Source: Candidatus Omnitrophota bacterium (GTDB lineage: Bacteria; Omnitrophota; Gorgyraeia; Zapsychrales; Fredricksoniimonadaceae). From it: a stretch of 64,000 nt of DNA. Numbering within the stretch: position 1 is the stretch's first letter; each line of letters starts with the position of its first letter. Made by a program: the position numbers and the translations under genes. The stretch lies in contig CAIOPG010000009.1 of assembly GCA_903860135.1 (NCBI GenBank), positions 175,805 to 239,804 on the forward strand, given 5' to 3'. This document shows, in pieces, positions 49,584 to 60,148 of this stretch. A model generated the notes under the pieces. The model did not search any database. It had not been told where the DNA came from and worked only from the letters and a program-made list of their open reading frames with translations.

Positions 49584-50747
49584 TTACGCGAGGACTTTGG
49601 CCATCCGCCTTACCGCCTCGTGGATCCGCTCGACGGGCAACGTGAGCGACATGCGCACATAGCCCTCGCCGTGCTTGCCGAAACCGACACCCGGGGTGAG
49701 CACAATATCAGCCTGTTCAAGGAACGCCTTGCTGCACGCCATGGAATCCGGGAACTTTGATGGCACTTTGGCCCAGACATAAAAAGCCGCCTTGGGCGGA
49801 TCGATCTTCCAGCCAATGGCGCGGCAACCATTGATCAGCGCATCGCGCCGTTCCTGATACACCAGACGCATGTCCTCGATCTCCGCCGGATCCATCTTGA
49901 GCGCGGCGATCCCCGCATACTGGATGGCATTGAAAACACCTGAATCCACGTTGGACTTGACCCTCGCCAGCGCAGCGACGAGCTGGGCATTGCCACAAGC
50001 CCAGCCAAGACGCCAACCGGTCATGAAATACGTCTTTGAGAAAGAATGAAATTCAATGGCGATATCCCTGGCTCCCGGGATTTCAAGGATGCTCGGCGGC
50101 TTAAGGCCGTCATAATAAACTTCCGAATACGCCAGGTCCGACACGATAATAATATTCTTCGCCGTACACACACGCACAAGCTCGGTGTAAAACTCTTTAT
50201 TGGCCACGGCCGACGTCGGATTATTCGGATAACAAACAATGATGGCTTTCACATTCTTGGCTTCTTCAATATCAGCGATCTTCGGCAGAAAATCGTTGGA
50301 GGCTTTCAGTGGCAGGTACTGGATCTTCCCGCCGGCAAAAGCAACCGCCGCCTGGTACGCCGGATACGCCGGATCCGTCAAAAGAACTTTATCGCCGGGA
50401 TTTATGACCGCCAATGGAAAATGCGCTAACCCTTCTTTGGAACCGATGAGCGGATAGATCTCGCTGGCAGGATCAAGATCGACTCCAAAACGCCCCTTGA
50501 ACCACCGCGCAATATCGATCCTTAATTGCGGGACACCGGCGTCAAAAGGGTAATGATGGTTCTTCCCGTCGGCGATCGCCTTCTGCATGGCGTCAATGAT
50601 AGGTTGATGGGTCGTCTGATCCGGATCACCCACCCCCAGATTGATCACGTCACGCCCCTGGGCCAATGCTTCACGCTTGGCTTTGTCTATTTCAAGAAAA
50701 AGATACGGCGGCAACTGTTTTAAACGTTCAGCTATTTCAATATTCAT
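49584..50747 (-). CDS. dapL: LL-diaminopimelate aminotransferase (DapL-type class I/II aminotransferase)
   Basis: 387 aa. LPPYLFLEIDKAK N-terminus, PLP lysine SFSKTY, and dap gene context. Confidence 0.75.
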   Translation of the reverse strand: MNIEIAERLKQLPPYLFLEIDKAKREALAQGRDVINLGVGDPDQTTHQPIIDAMQKAIADGKNHHYPFDAGVPQLRIDIARWFKGRFGVDLDPASEIYPLIGSKEGLAHFPLAVINPGDKVLLTDPAYPAYQAAVAFAGGKIQYLPLKASNDFLPKIADIEEAKNVKAIIVCYPNNPTSAVANKEFYTELVRVCTAKNIIIVSDLAYSEVYYDGLKPPSILEIPGARDIAIEFHSFSKTYFMTGWRLGWACGNAQLVAALARVKSNVDSGVFNAIQYAGIAALKMDPAEIEDMRLVYQERRDALINGCRAIGWKIDPPKAAFYVWAKVPSKFPDSMACSKAFLEQADIVLTPGVGFGKHGEGYVRMSLTLPVERIHEAVRRMAKVLA

Positions 50748-51463
50748 TGACCCATCCCCAAAACTTCGCCCATATTAAAGAAACCTTTATCCTTCTTGGC
50801 AATGAACTTTGCGGCGAGCAAAGCCCCTTCGGCGAACATGCCGCGCGTCTTGGCATTGTGGCTGATCTCAATGGTATCGACCCCGCTGTCGAACGTGACC
50901 TTGTGATAGCCGACAACTTCCCCCTCGCGAACAGACGCGATATCCGCCACTTTCTTGTGTGCCGCATTCTCAATGACCTCAGCCATGGTCTTGGCCGTTC
51001 CCGAAGGCGCATCCTTCTTGTGAATGTGGTGCGTCTCGGTGATAGAAATATTATACGCCTTTAATGCTTCTCCCATTTTCTTCAAGAGACCAAAAACAAG
51101 ATTCACCCCCACCGACATATTCGTGGACTGAACGATCGCTACCTTCTCTGACGCCACGGCGATCTCGGCACGCTGGGCATCGGAAAGCCCCGTCGTCCCG
51201 ATCACGATGCCCACATCATATTTCAAACACGCCGCCAAATTATTCATCGTCGGTTCCGGCAAGGTGAAATCAATCAAAACATCCGCCCCCTTGATGGCAC
51301 TGATATCCCGTGCAATGGTGATGCCGTGCATCGATAAGGGGACATCCGTCCTGCTCGGACTTTCGATGAGTGCAACGATCTGAAAATCTTTATCCTTAAG
51401 GGCAAGTTCCGTAATAAATTGCCCCATCCTGCCCCAGCACCCTGTAATAGCCAGTTTGATCAT
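50744..51463 (-). CDS. dapB: 4-hydroxy-tetrahydrodipicolinate reductase
   Basis: MIKLAITGCWGRMG N-terminus. The internal Met is inferred as the start because the ORF-track extension overlaps dapA spacing. Confidence 0.9.
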   Translation of the reverse strand: MIKLAITGCWGRMGQFITELALKDKDFQIVALIESPSRTDVPLSMHGITIARDISAIKGADVLIDFTLPEPTMNNLAACLKYDVGIVIGTTGLSDAQRAEIAVASEKVAIVQSTNMSVGVNLVFGLLKKMGEALKAYNISITETHHIHKKDAPSGTAKTMAEVIENAAHKKVADIASVREGEVVGYHKVTFDSGVDTIEISHNAKTRGMFAEGALLAAKFIAKKDKGFFNMGEVLGMGQ

Positions 51464-51498
51464 ACATTCCTTTTCACGCACAACAAAAGTCTGCGCGG

Positions 51499-52374
51499 TT
51501 AAATTAATTGATACTCTTTGAGCGACTTCTTGAGCTTGGCAAGATTCTCAGGTAACATCTCGCACAGAGGGAGACGCAATTTCGGAGAACACACCCCCAT
51601 CAACCCACAAGCTGTCTTGACCGGGATCGGATTGGTCTCGATGAACATCGCCTTGATGATCGCCTGAAGCTTTGCCTGCTTGGCCTCTGCCTCTTTGACT
51701 TTACCTTTAAGCATCAATTCAACAACCTCTGAAACTTCCTTTGGCATAATATTGGCCAGCACAGAAATAACGCCGGCCCCCCCGAGCTTCATCATCGGGA
51801 TCGTGAGGGCATCATCACCCGAAAGCAGGTCAAACTTCTTGCCGCAGGCCTCTTTGACCGCACGCGCCTGATCCAGATTGCCCGAAGCTTCCTTCACACC
51901 AACGATATTCTTACAGTCTTTCGCCAAGCGGCAAACTGTCTCTGTTTCGATATTGCGCGCGCAACGGCCTTCAATATTGTACAGGATGATCGGGATCTTG
52001 ACGCTGTCGGCTACCGCTTTGAAATGCAAGTAAAGCCCCTGCTGGGTCGGCTTATTGTAATAAGGCGTCACCACCAGCGCGGCGTCGGCACCGGATTCCT
52101 CGGCATGACGGGTCAGACGCACCGCTTCTGCCGTCGAGTTCGACCCTGTCCCAGCGATGACCGGGATCCGGCGGCGCACCACATCGACCGTGATCTCGAT
52201 CACCTTGTCATGTTCTTCATGCGATAAAGTTGGCGACTCTCCCGTCGTTCCGCAAGGAACAATCCCCTTTGTGCCATTAACGATCTGCCGCTCAATCAAC
52301 TCCGCGAGTTTCCACTCGTCAACGCCATGATCTGTAAACGGTGTGACGAGCGCCACAATAGACCCCTTGAACAT
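51499..52374 (-). CDS. dapA: 4-hydroxy-tetrahydrodipicolinate synthase
   Basis: 291 aa. DapA fold (GTTGESPTLS, active-site Lys region). Confidence 0.95.
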   Translation of the reverse strand: MFKGSIVALVTPFTDHGVDEWKLAELIERQIVNGTKGIVPCGTTGESPTLSHEEHDKVIEITVDVVRRRIPVIAGTGSNSTAEAVRLTRHAEESGADAALVVTPYYNKPTQQGLYLHFKAVADSVKIPIILYNIEGRCARNIETETVCRLAKDCKNIVGVKEASGNLDQARAVKEACGKKFDLLSGDDALTIPMMKLGGAGVISVLANIMPKEVSEVVELMLKGKVKEAEAKQAKLQAIIKAMFIETNPIPVKTACGLMGVCSPKLRLPLCEMLPENLAKLKKSLKEYQLI

Positions 52375-52401
52375 AACCCCTCCTCAGAATAAAGCCCTAC
52401 G

Positions 52402-53262
52402 TTATTTCGCCAAACTGCCTGGATAATAATATTCACCCTTACAAATAAAGCGCGCATTGCCCTTTAACCAGACATTACTGACTAAGGGCTTGGCATCAAC
52501 CATATCAAGATCAAAACTCACATCAAGCATTTCACCGCTCTTGGTCAACACCCGAACCAACGCGCCCTGACAGGCGAGCAGTTTCGTCGTGCCTTGAAGA
52601 TACCCGATCAACGCCGCCGCCACGCTCCCGGTGCCGCAGGCCAGTGTTTCCGCTTCAACACCACGTTCATAAGTACGCACCGCGAGGTACCCCTCCTTGA
52701 CGCGCTCAACGAAATTGACATTCGTCCCTTTGGGCGCAAAAGCCTGATGATGACGGATAAGGCGTCCCAGGGCTTCGATCTCCATTTCCTGGATCCCCTG
52801 AACAAAGATAACTGTATGGGGAACGCCGGTATTAATGAAATGGACGCTCATTTTCTTGTCGGCCACCTTGATCTCGATATCCGCACGATAATCCTTGGGC
52901 GCACTCAACTGAACCGAGGCCATCTCGCCACTGGCACTGGCATGGATCTTGCCCGCCAGCGTCTCCATCGTAAAGACCTCGGGCACCAGCGCAAACTTGT
53001 GCGCAATGTAAACCGCCATGCAACGCGCGCCATTACCACACATCTCGGCTTCAGAGCCGTCGGCATTGATGATGCGCATCTTGTGATCAGCGGATTCCGA
53101 GCGGGAAAGGACCATGACACCATCAGCACCGATCCCCAGATGCCGGTCACAAACCTTCACGGCCAAAGACGCATAATCCATAGAAGGATCATGGTCAATG
53201 ATAACGAAATCATTGCCAGCCCCCTGCATCTTGACAAAAGGCACCCTCACAGCATTGATCAT
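52402..53262 (-). CDS. dapF: Diaminopimelate epimerase
   Basis: 286 aa. FVKMQGAGNDF and both catalytic Cys (GNGARC, CGTGS). Confidence 0.9.
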   Translation of the reverse strand: MINAVRVPFVKMQGAGNDFVIIDHDPSMDYASLAVKVCDRHLGIGADGVMVLSRSESADHKMRIINADGSEAEMCGNGARCMAVYIAHKFALVPEVFTMETLAGKIHASASGEMASVQLSAPKDYRADIEIKVADKKMSVHFINTGVPHTVIFVQGIQEMEIEALGRLIRHHQAFAPKGTNVNFVERVKEGYLAVRTYERGVEAETLACGTGSVAAALIGYLQGTTKLLACQGALVRVLTKSGEMLDVSFDLDMVDAKPLVSNVWLKGNARFICKGEYYYPGSLAK

Positions 53263-54536
53263 TTCAAATACTCCGGGATAATGGATCCACGCACCAGATC
53301 CTTGAATGTTTCACGTTCCTTGACGACATCCCAAGCCCCGCCGCTCACCATCACTTCCACGGGGCGCGGCCGCGCATTGTAATTACTCGCCATCGCATAA
53401 CCATAAGCCCCGGCAGAAAGAAGCGCTAAATATTGGCCATCCCTGATATCAGGCACCTTGCGGTCATGGGCAAAGACATCCGCACTCTCACAAACAGGGC
53501 CGACCACATCGCAAACGATCGAACGTGCCCCTGACTTCTCCAGAGGAATGATCTCGTGATGGGCGTCGTACATCGACGGGCGCACCAGGTCGTTCATCCC
53601 GGCATCGACGATCATGAATTTCTTAAGACCATTATCCTTGGTGTAAAGCTTGCGGGTCACAAAAATACCCGCATTCCCAACAATGAAACGCCCCGGCTCC
53701 ATGATCAGGCGTAAGCGACGATCCTTCAAGAGAGGCACAACTTTACGGGCATAATCGAGGGCATTCTGCGGCTCTTCATCTTTATAAATAATACCCAAGC
53801 CGCCGCCAATATCAAAATATTCAATGACAACACCCTGAGCTGCCAGATCATCAATGAACGCCAGCGCCTTCTTGATCGCCGTGATGAACGGAGCACCTTC
53901 CGTGATCTGTGACCCGATATGAATATGCACCCCGTTCATGCGTACCGACGGGTATTTCTCACGGTCAAGGAACAGCTGCCTTGCCGTTGACAGGTCAATG
54001 CCGAATTTCTTTTTCAAGCTTCCGGTATTGATCTTGTCATGGGTAGGGGCATCGATATCAGGATTGATGCGCAACGCCAGCATAACCTTCTTGCGCAAAC
54101 CGGCAGCAATGCGATTGATATTTTCGAGCTCCGGCAGAGACTCAACATTGAACAAAAGTATACCAGCGCTGATCGCCAACCGGATATCGTCATCCGTCTT
54201 GCCGACAGAAGCGAACACCACTTTCCGCATGTCCGCACCGATCAATTTGGCCTTGCGGAGCTCCCCTCCTGAAACAATATCAAAACCAGACCCTTCACGG
54301 GCAAGTGCCTTGAGCACCGCAAGGTTGGCATTGGCTTTCATCGCAAAGCATATCACCGGATCGAGCGGCTCGAAGGCCTTGGCGAGCTTGCGGTAATGCT
54401 CGACGAGCGTGGTGTAACTGTAAATATACGCCGGCGTACCCGTCTTCTCAACAATAGCACTCACCCTCACGCCTTCGCAATGCAGCGCGCCGTCTATATA
54501 TTTGAAATCATGGATGGGATGTGAAAAACTTTTCAT
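53259..54536 (-). CDS. lysA: Diaminopimelate decarboxylase
   Basis: 425 aa. PLP-binding AMKANANLAVL and GG..IVSGGEL. Confidence 0.95.
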   Translation of the reverse strand: MKSFSHPIHDFKYIDGALHCEGVRVSAIVEKTGTPAYIYSYTTLVEHYRKLAKAFEPLDPVICFAMKANANLAVLKALAREGSGFDIVSGGELRKAKLIGADMRKVVFASVGKTDDDIRLAISAGILLFNVESLPELENINRIAAGLRKKVMLALRINPDIDAPTHDKINTGSLKKKFGIDLSTARQLFLDREKYPSVRMNGVHIHIGSQITEGAPFITAIKKALAFIDDLAAQGVVIEYFDIGGGLGIIYKDEEPQNALDYARKVVPLLKDRRLRLIMEPGRFIVGNAGIFVTRKLYTKDNGLKKFMIVDAGMNDLVRPSMYDAHHEIIPLEKSGARSIVCDVVGPVCESADVFAHDRKVPDIRDGQYLALLSAGAYGYAMASNYNARPRPVEVMVSGGAWDVVKERETFKDLVRGSIIPEYLK

Positions 54537-55909
54537 TTAAGTCGCTTTTTCCAAAGACTGATCTGTGCCCGTACCATGTCCGGGTTCGTCGAACCCAGCG
54601 ATTTCTTGATCTTCACAGAAACATCCGGCCGGAGAAGGTTGGTCATGTCATCTTCAAACTGCATCGAATATTTCTTGAGCTGGCCCACATTCATGTCCGA
54701 GATCTTGCGCCCGTGATCGAGGCATTCCTTGACCATAGCCCCAACGGTGTCATGTGCGTCGCGGTAAGATACCCCCTTCTTGACAAGATAATCCAGGATG
54801 TCGACGGAAAAGAAATACTCGCTGGTGATGCGATCCTTAAGGACATCTTTCTTCACCTGGATACCGCCAAAAACATGCGCCATGATCTCGAGCATATCCT
54901 CAATGGTCTCGACCGTCTCAAATAAGCCAGGCTTATCCATCTGCATATCGCGGTTATACGTCAAGGGCAACGCTTTCATCAAGACCAGTGCCTCGACCAG
55001 CCGCCCAGGGAATTTCGATGCCGTACCGCGGACCAATTCAAGGACATCCGGATTCTTCTTGTGCGGCATGATCGATGAGCCCGTGCAAAACTCGTCGCTA
55101 ATGGAAATAAAATTAAACTCACTGGTCACCCAGAGGATGAGATCCTCACAGATGCGCGTGAGGTGCATCCCGGTGATGGCCGCTGCGGACATGATCTCGA
55201 TGATAAAGTCACGGTCAGACACAGAGTCAATGCTGTTGGCGGATGTCTTGGCAAACCCCAGTTTTTGCGTGACAAAATCACGGTCCGTCGGCAACGATGT
55301 GCCCGCCAGCGCGCAGGCCCCCAAGCTATTGATACTCGTGCGCTTGAGGGCATCCTCAAAACGCGCTTTATCACGCTCGATCATCTCGACATACGCCAGC
55401 ATATGATGCGCCAACAGAACAACCTGGGCCGACTGAAGATGTGTGTACGCCGGGATAATAACATCCTTGTTCTTGTCGGCAAAAGTAACAACAGCGACCT
55501 GCATTTTCCTGATCAGGGTCATGATATGCGCGATATGCTCCATGCAGTAAAGACGGACATCCGTCACCACCTGATCATTGCGCGAACGTGCCGTATGCAA
55601 CTTGTCCGCCGGCTGACCAATGAGTTTCCGCAACTGGATCTGGATATCGGTGTGAATATCTTCAGAGGAAGGGTCGCAGATATATTCCCCGTCCTTGATC
55701 GTTTTTAGAAGCGTTTTAAGGCCTCCGGTGATGGCACTGGCGTCCTTCTTGGGAATAATGCCCTGTTCGCCGAGCATCTGGGCATGGGCAATGCTTGCCT
55801 CGCAGTCGTACTTGGCCAATTTGGCATCATACGCTGTGCTGTAAGTGAACTTTTCGGAAAGCTTGCTCAGACTTCCGGTGAAACGCGAACCCCATAGACG
55901 TGCTGCCAT
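54533..55909 (-). CDS. argH: Argininosuccinate lyase
   Basis: 458 aa. Fumarate-lyase signature GSSIMPHKKN. 4-nt overlap with lysA. Confidence 0.95.
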   Translation of the reverse strand: MAARLWGSRFTGSLSKLSEKFTYSTAYDAKLAKYDCEASIAHAQMLGEQGIIPKKDASAITGGLKTLLKTIKDGEYICDPSSEDIHTDIQIQLRKLIGQPADKLHTARSRNDQVVTDVRLYCMEHIAHIMTLIRKMQVAVVTFADKNKDVIIPAYTHLQSAQVVLLAHHMLAYVEMIERDKARFEDALKRTSINSLGACALAGTSLPTDRDFVTQKLGFAKTSANSIDSVSDRDFIIEIMSAAAITGMHLTRICEDLILWVTSEFNFISISDEFCTGSSIMPHKKNPDVLELVRGTASKFPGRLVEALVLMKALPLTYNRDMQMDKPGLFETVETIEDMLEIMAHVFGGIQVKKDVLKDRITSEYFFSVDILDYLVKKGVSYRDAHDTVGAMVKECLDHGRKISDMNVGQLKKYSMQFEDDMTNLLRPDVSVKIKKSLGSTNPDMVRAQISLWKKRLK

Positions 55910-55941
55910 AAGAATCTCCCTGCCACAGCAAAACTAAAAAC

Positions 55942-57117
55942 TTACTGGTGACGCTGAAACGGAACAGTCCAAAGTTTAATGAAACCTTCCGCGAGTGATT
56001 GATCAAACGTGTCGCCCTTGCCGTAGGTGGCCATCTTTTCGCTGTAACGCGAATGCGGCGATCGGCGACCGACCACCATGGCATGCCCCTTGTAAAGCTT
56101 GATGCGCACCGTGCCTGTGGTGTTAACATGATAGGCATTGAAAAACGCATCCATTTGAGCTTTAAGCGGTGTCCACCACAAACCATTATACGTCAACTCG
56201 GCGTATTTTTGGGAAAGGATCTCCTTGAAGCGCAGGCTGTCGCGGTCAAGCACAAGGCTTTCGATCTCGCGAATACCCAAATGCAACACAGCACCGGCGG
56301 GATTCTCATAAAGCTCGCGGGACTTGATCCCCACGAGGCGGTTCTCGATCATATCCACACGGCCAACGCCATGACGCCCGGCGATGGCATTCAGCTCAAG
56401 GACAAGCTCCAAAGGTTTCAACTGACGGCCATCGACCGACACAGGAACGCCTTTAACAAAACCGATCTCGACATAACCCGGTTTAGCCGGTGCTTTCTCC
56501 GGATTTACCGTCATGGAAAATACATCCTCGGGCGGCTCTACCATCGGGTCTTCGAGGAGGCCGCTTTCAATGGCCTTACCGTAAACATTGGTGTCAATGC
56601 TGTACGGGCTCTTCTTGGTGGCAGACACCGGCACCCCCTTGGACTTGGCGTAATCGATCTCTTCGTCGCGCGACTTGAATTCCCATACACGCACCGGCGC
56701 GATCACTTCCATCGACGGCTCCATGAGGCGGTAGGTCACTTCAAACCTGACCTGGTCATTGCCTTTCCCGGTACAGCCATGCACCAATCCGGCCGCCTTT
56801 TCCTTGCGGGCGATCTGGACCTGATGATGCGCAATGAGCGGACGGGAAAGCGCGCACGCTAAATTGTATTTGCCCTCATAAAGCGCTCCGGCCTTAAGGG
56901 CGGGGATCGCATAATCTTCGATCAATTCCTGACGAAGATCCAGGCAATACGCCTTCGAAGCCCCGGACTTTATCGCCTTCTCCTTGACCTTGGTAAAATC
57001 ATCACCCTGCCCCACATTACCGATCACCGCGATAATTTCATAACCCCGATCCTTAAGCCACGGAATAATGCAGGAAGTATCAAGCCCACCCGAATACGCC
57101 AAAACAACTTTCTTCAT
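55942..57117 (-). CDS. argG: Argininosuccinate synthase
   Basis: MKKVVLAYSGGLDTS inferred start. The ORF-track 59-aa N-terminal extension runs over the argF end. Confidence 0.95.
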   Translation of the reverse strand: MKKVVLAYSGGLDTSCIIPWLKDRGYEIIAVIGNVGQGDDFTKVKEKAIKSGASKAYCLDLRQELIEDYAIPALKAGALYEGKYNLACALSRPLIAHHQVQIARKEKAAGLVHGCTGKGNDQVRFEVTYRLMEPSMEVIAPVRVWEFKSRDEEIDYAKSKGVPVSATKKSPYSIDTNVYGKAIESGLLEDPMVEPPEDVFSMTVNPEKAPAKPGYVEIGFVKGVPVSVDGRQLKPLELVLELNAIAGRHGVGRVDMIENRLVGIKSRELYENPAGAVLHLGIREIESLVLDRDSLRFKEILSQKYAELTYNGLWWTPLKAQMDAFFNAYHVNTTGTVRIKLYKGHAMVVGRRSPHSRYSEKMATYGKGDTFDQSLAEGFIKLWTVPFQRHQ

Positions 57118-57136
57118 CGCACAACCCCTTTCCTGA

Positions 57137-58054
57137 TCAAGTATATAAGAAAACCATGACCGCCTTCTGCACATGCAGGCGGTTTTCTGCCTCGTCGAAA
57201 ATAACCGAATGAGGACCGTCAATAACATCCTCGGAAACTTCCTGCCCGCGATGCGCCGGCAAGCAATGCATAAAGATATAATCCTTGTCGGCAACAGCCG
57301 TCAAGGTCTGGTCAATGCAATACCCCTTAAAATCCTTCAAACGCTTCAGGGTCTCGCTTTCCTGCCCCATACTCACCCACGTGTCGGTATAAAGAATATG
57401 AGCATCTGCCGCCGCTGCAGCGGGGTCGCGCATCAACTCGATCCTGGCTCCTGTTGCCGCTGCCAAAGCACGCGCCCGGGTCACAAATACGGCATCTGGC
57501 GCATAACCCGCCGGTGTCGCCACACTCATGTGCATCCCGGTCATGGCACAAGCCAACATCAGGGAATTGGTCATATTATTCCCGTCGCCGATATACGCCA
57601 GTTTAAGCCCCGCCAGATTGCCGAACTTTTCCCTGATCGTCAGGATATCTGCCAAAGCCTGGCAGGGGTGTGAATGATCCGACAACGCATTGATCACCGG
57701 CACATCCGCATAGCGTGCCAGATCAACGAGATCCCGATGAAAGAAAACACGCGCAATGATCCCGCCGACATACCGCGACAGCGTCCTGGCGATATCTGCC
57801 GTTGGTTCACGTTTTCCGAGGCTGATATCATCGGGCGCAAGATAGATCGCATTGCCGCCAAGTTGAAAAATACCCGTCTCAAAAGAAACGCGGGTGCGAT
57901 TCGACGGCTTTTGAAAGATCATGGCCATGGATTTCCCCGCCAGAAGTCCGGCATGCAGCCCCGGATTTTTCTTTAACTGCGCGGCAAGGTCCAGGATGGC
58001 CAACAGATCCGCTGGTGAACTATCCCCGATCGAAATGAAATCTCTTTTTTTCAT
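57137..58054 (-). CDS. argF: Ornithine carbamoyltransferase
   Basis: 305 aa. STRTR and HCLP motifs. Confidence 0.95.
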   Translation of the reverse strand: MKKRDFISIGDSSPADLLAILDLAAQLKKNPGLHAGLLAGKSMAMIFQKPSNRTRVSFETGIFQLGGNAIYLAPDDISLGKREPTADIARTLSRYVGGIIARVFFHRDLVDLARYADVPVINALSDHSHPCQALADILTIREKFGNLAGLKLAYIGDGNNMTNSLMLACAMTGMHMSVATPAGYAPDAVFVTRARALAAATGARIELMRDPAAAAADAHILYTDTWVSMGQESETLKRLKDFKGYCIDQTLTAVADKDYIFMHCLPAHRGQEVSEDVIDGPHSVIFDEAENRLHVQKAVMVFLYT

Positions 58055-59253
58055 ATTGTCCTCTGCTGGGCCGTCACCGTAAAAACTTTTTCAAGGATAT
58101 CCAACGCCTTGACTGCCTGCTTGAGCGTCACATTCAGCGCCGGCATGATGCGCAACACACGGCCCTGGGTGCAATTGATGATCAGGCCCCTGGCAAGGCA
58201 TTCATCAAAAACAGGTTTCCCCTCAACAGACAACTCAACCCCGATCATGAGGCCAAGCCCGCGCACATCGACCATAAAAGGAAACCGTGCCTGCATCGCC
58301 TTCAACCGTTCCGTCATATAAAGTCCGATCCGCCTGGCATTGGCGATCATCTTGTCCCTGCGGATCGCTTCAAAAACACCCAATGCCGCCTTGGTCACCA
58401 GCGGGCTTCCCCCGAAAGTCGTTCCGTGCATGCCAGGCTGAAGAAGGTGCGCCACTGACCGGCGCGCCAGCATGGCACCGATCGGCAACCCGCCGCCCAG
58501 CCCTTTGGCCAAGGTCATCACATCCGGCTCAATGCCATAATGCTCGAAAGCGAACATTTTCCCGGTGCGCCCCAACCCTGTCTGAACTTCATCGGCAATA
58601 AAAAGCAAATTCCTGTCATCGCACAACCGGCGGATGGCGCTGACATACTCCGGTGTGGCCACATTGATCCCGCCCTCCCCCTGGACAAGCTCGATCATCA
58701 CCGCGACCGTCCTTGGTGTCACCGCGGCAAGGAGTGCCTTGATATCATTGAAAGGAACCGCGACAAACCCCTGCGGTAACGGCGCGAACCCTTCCTGATA
58801 CTTCTTCTGCGGCGTTGCGGCAAGGGCACCTAAGGTACGCCCATGAAAAGCATTCAATGTCGTGATGATCTCAAAACGCTCACCACCGCCAAAAAGACGC
58901 GCGAACTTGATCGCCGCCTCATTGGCTTCAGCCCCGCTGTTGCAAAAGAACAGTTTCCCGTCAAAGGACTGGCGTACGATCTCGCGGGCCAGTTTGGCCT
59001 GATTGATCCCGAAGAAATTATTCGGTAAATGAATGAGTTTTGAAACCTGGTCGCGCACAGCCGCCATGACTTTGGGATGGCAATGCCCCACATTGGACAC
59101 ACCCCAACCCGGGAAAAAATCGAGGTATTTCTTGCCGTCAATGTCTGTCAGCACACTCCCTTTGCCCTTCACAAAAACAACAGGCAACCGGGTGTACGTC
59201 GGAAAAACGTACTGGTCATACGCTTCAAAAACATCTTGCTTGGTCATAAGCAT
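58051..59253 (-). CDS. argD: Acetylornithine aminotransferase
   Basis: 400 aa. Class III aminotransferase with PLP lysine region DVMTLAKGLGGG. Confidence 0.9.
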   Translation of the reverse strand: MLMTKQDVFEAYDQYVFPTYTRLPVVFVKGKGSVLTDIDGKKYLDFFPGWGVSNVGHCHPKVMAAVRDQVSKLIHLPNNFFGINQAKLAREIVRQSFDGKLFFCNSGAEANEAAIKFARLFGGGERFEIITTLNAFHGRTLGALAATPQKKYQEGFAPLPQGFVAVPFNDIKALLAAVTPRTVAVMIELVQGEGGINVATPEYVSAIRRLCDDRNLLFIADEVQTGLGRTGKMFAFEHYGIEPDVMTLAKGLGGGLPIGAMLARRSVAHLLQPGMHGTTFGGSPLVTKAALGVFEAIRRDKMIANARRIGLYMTERLKAMQARFPFMVDVRGLGLMIGVELSVEGKPVFDECLARGLIINCTQGRVLRIMPALNVTLKQAVKALDILEKVFTVTAQQRTI

Positions 59254-59293
59254 AACACCAAAATTTAGGAGGTAAAAGACCGCAGACGATCAC

Positions 59294-60148
59294 TCACCCC
59301 TGAATGATCTGCGTCCCGACACCCGTGTCGGTAAATATTTCCAGCAGAAGGGCGCGGTCAAGGCGCGCGTCGATGATATGCGCTTTAGGAATACCGCCCA
59401 GAAGCGCCTCAACACACGAATCAACCTTGGGGATCATCCCGCCGGAAATAACCCCCTCTTTCTTCAAGCGGTCCACATCAGACCTGGTCAGCGTTGAACA
59501 CAAGGTGGCTGGATCCTTTGGGTCGAGCATGACCCCCGGCACATTCGTCAAAAGGACAAATTTCTCGGCACACAGGGATGCCGCGATCGCGCTGGCAACT
59601 TCGTCAGCATTCACATTATGTGTCTGCTGTGCCGCACCGACCCCCAGCGGCGAGATCACCGTGATATACCCCTGATGCAGATGTGTCTCGATGATCCGGC
59701 GTTCGATATTGGTGATCGTCCCGACAAAACCCAGGTCACGTTCAGCGTTCTTCTTTTCAACATAAACAATATTCTCCTGCCCGCGCAGCCCGGTCACATC
59801 CCCTTTGAGCGAACGGATCTCGTCGACGATCTGACGGTTGATGTCATCCAGCTCTTCAATGACGATCTGGAGCGTCTGTTCATCTGTCACACGGATACCC
59901 TTGTGGAACTGCGGCTCAACGCCAATGGCTTTCAGGCGGCTTGAAATGTGCGGCCCGCCGCCATGGATCAAAATAATGCGGATACCGACATAGCTCAAAA
60001 AAACAATATCTTCGAGCACCCGCCGGCGGATCACATCATCATGCAGGATACTGCCGCCGTATTTGATGACAAAAACTTTCTTACGGAACTGCTGGATATA
60101 CGGGATGGCCTCGACGAGAACGCCGGCTTTTTTAATTATAGTTTCCAT
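59294..60148 (-). CDS. argB: Acetylglutamate kinase
   Basis: 284 aa. AAK family (KYGGS, HGGGP). Confidence 0.95.
   Translation of the reverse strand: METIIKKAGVLVEAIPYIQQFRKKVFVIKYGGSILHDDVIRRRVLEDIVFLSYVGIRIILIHGGGPHISSRLKAIGVEPQFHKGIRVTDEQTLQIVIEELDDINRQIVDEIRSLKGDVTGLRGQENIVYVEKKNAERDLGFVGTITNIERRIIETHLHQGYITVISPLGVGAAQQTHNVNADEVASAIAASLCAEKFVLLTNVPGVMLDPKDPATLCSTLTRSDVDRLKKEGVISGGMIPKVDSCVEALLGGIPKAHIIDARLDRALLLEIFTDTGVGTQIIQG

Noticed and set aside
52594-53382. 262-aa plus-strand ORF
   Set aside because: Antisense to dapF/lysA, with no recognisable domains.
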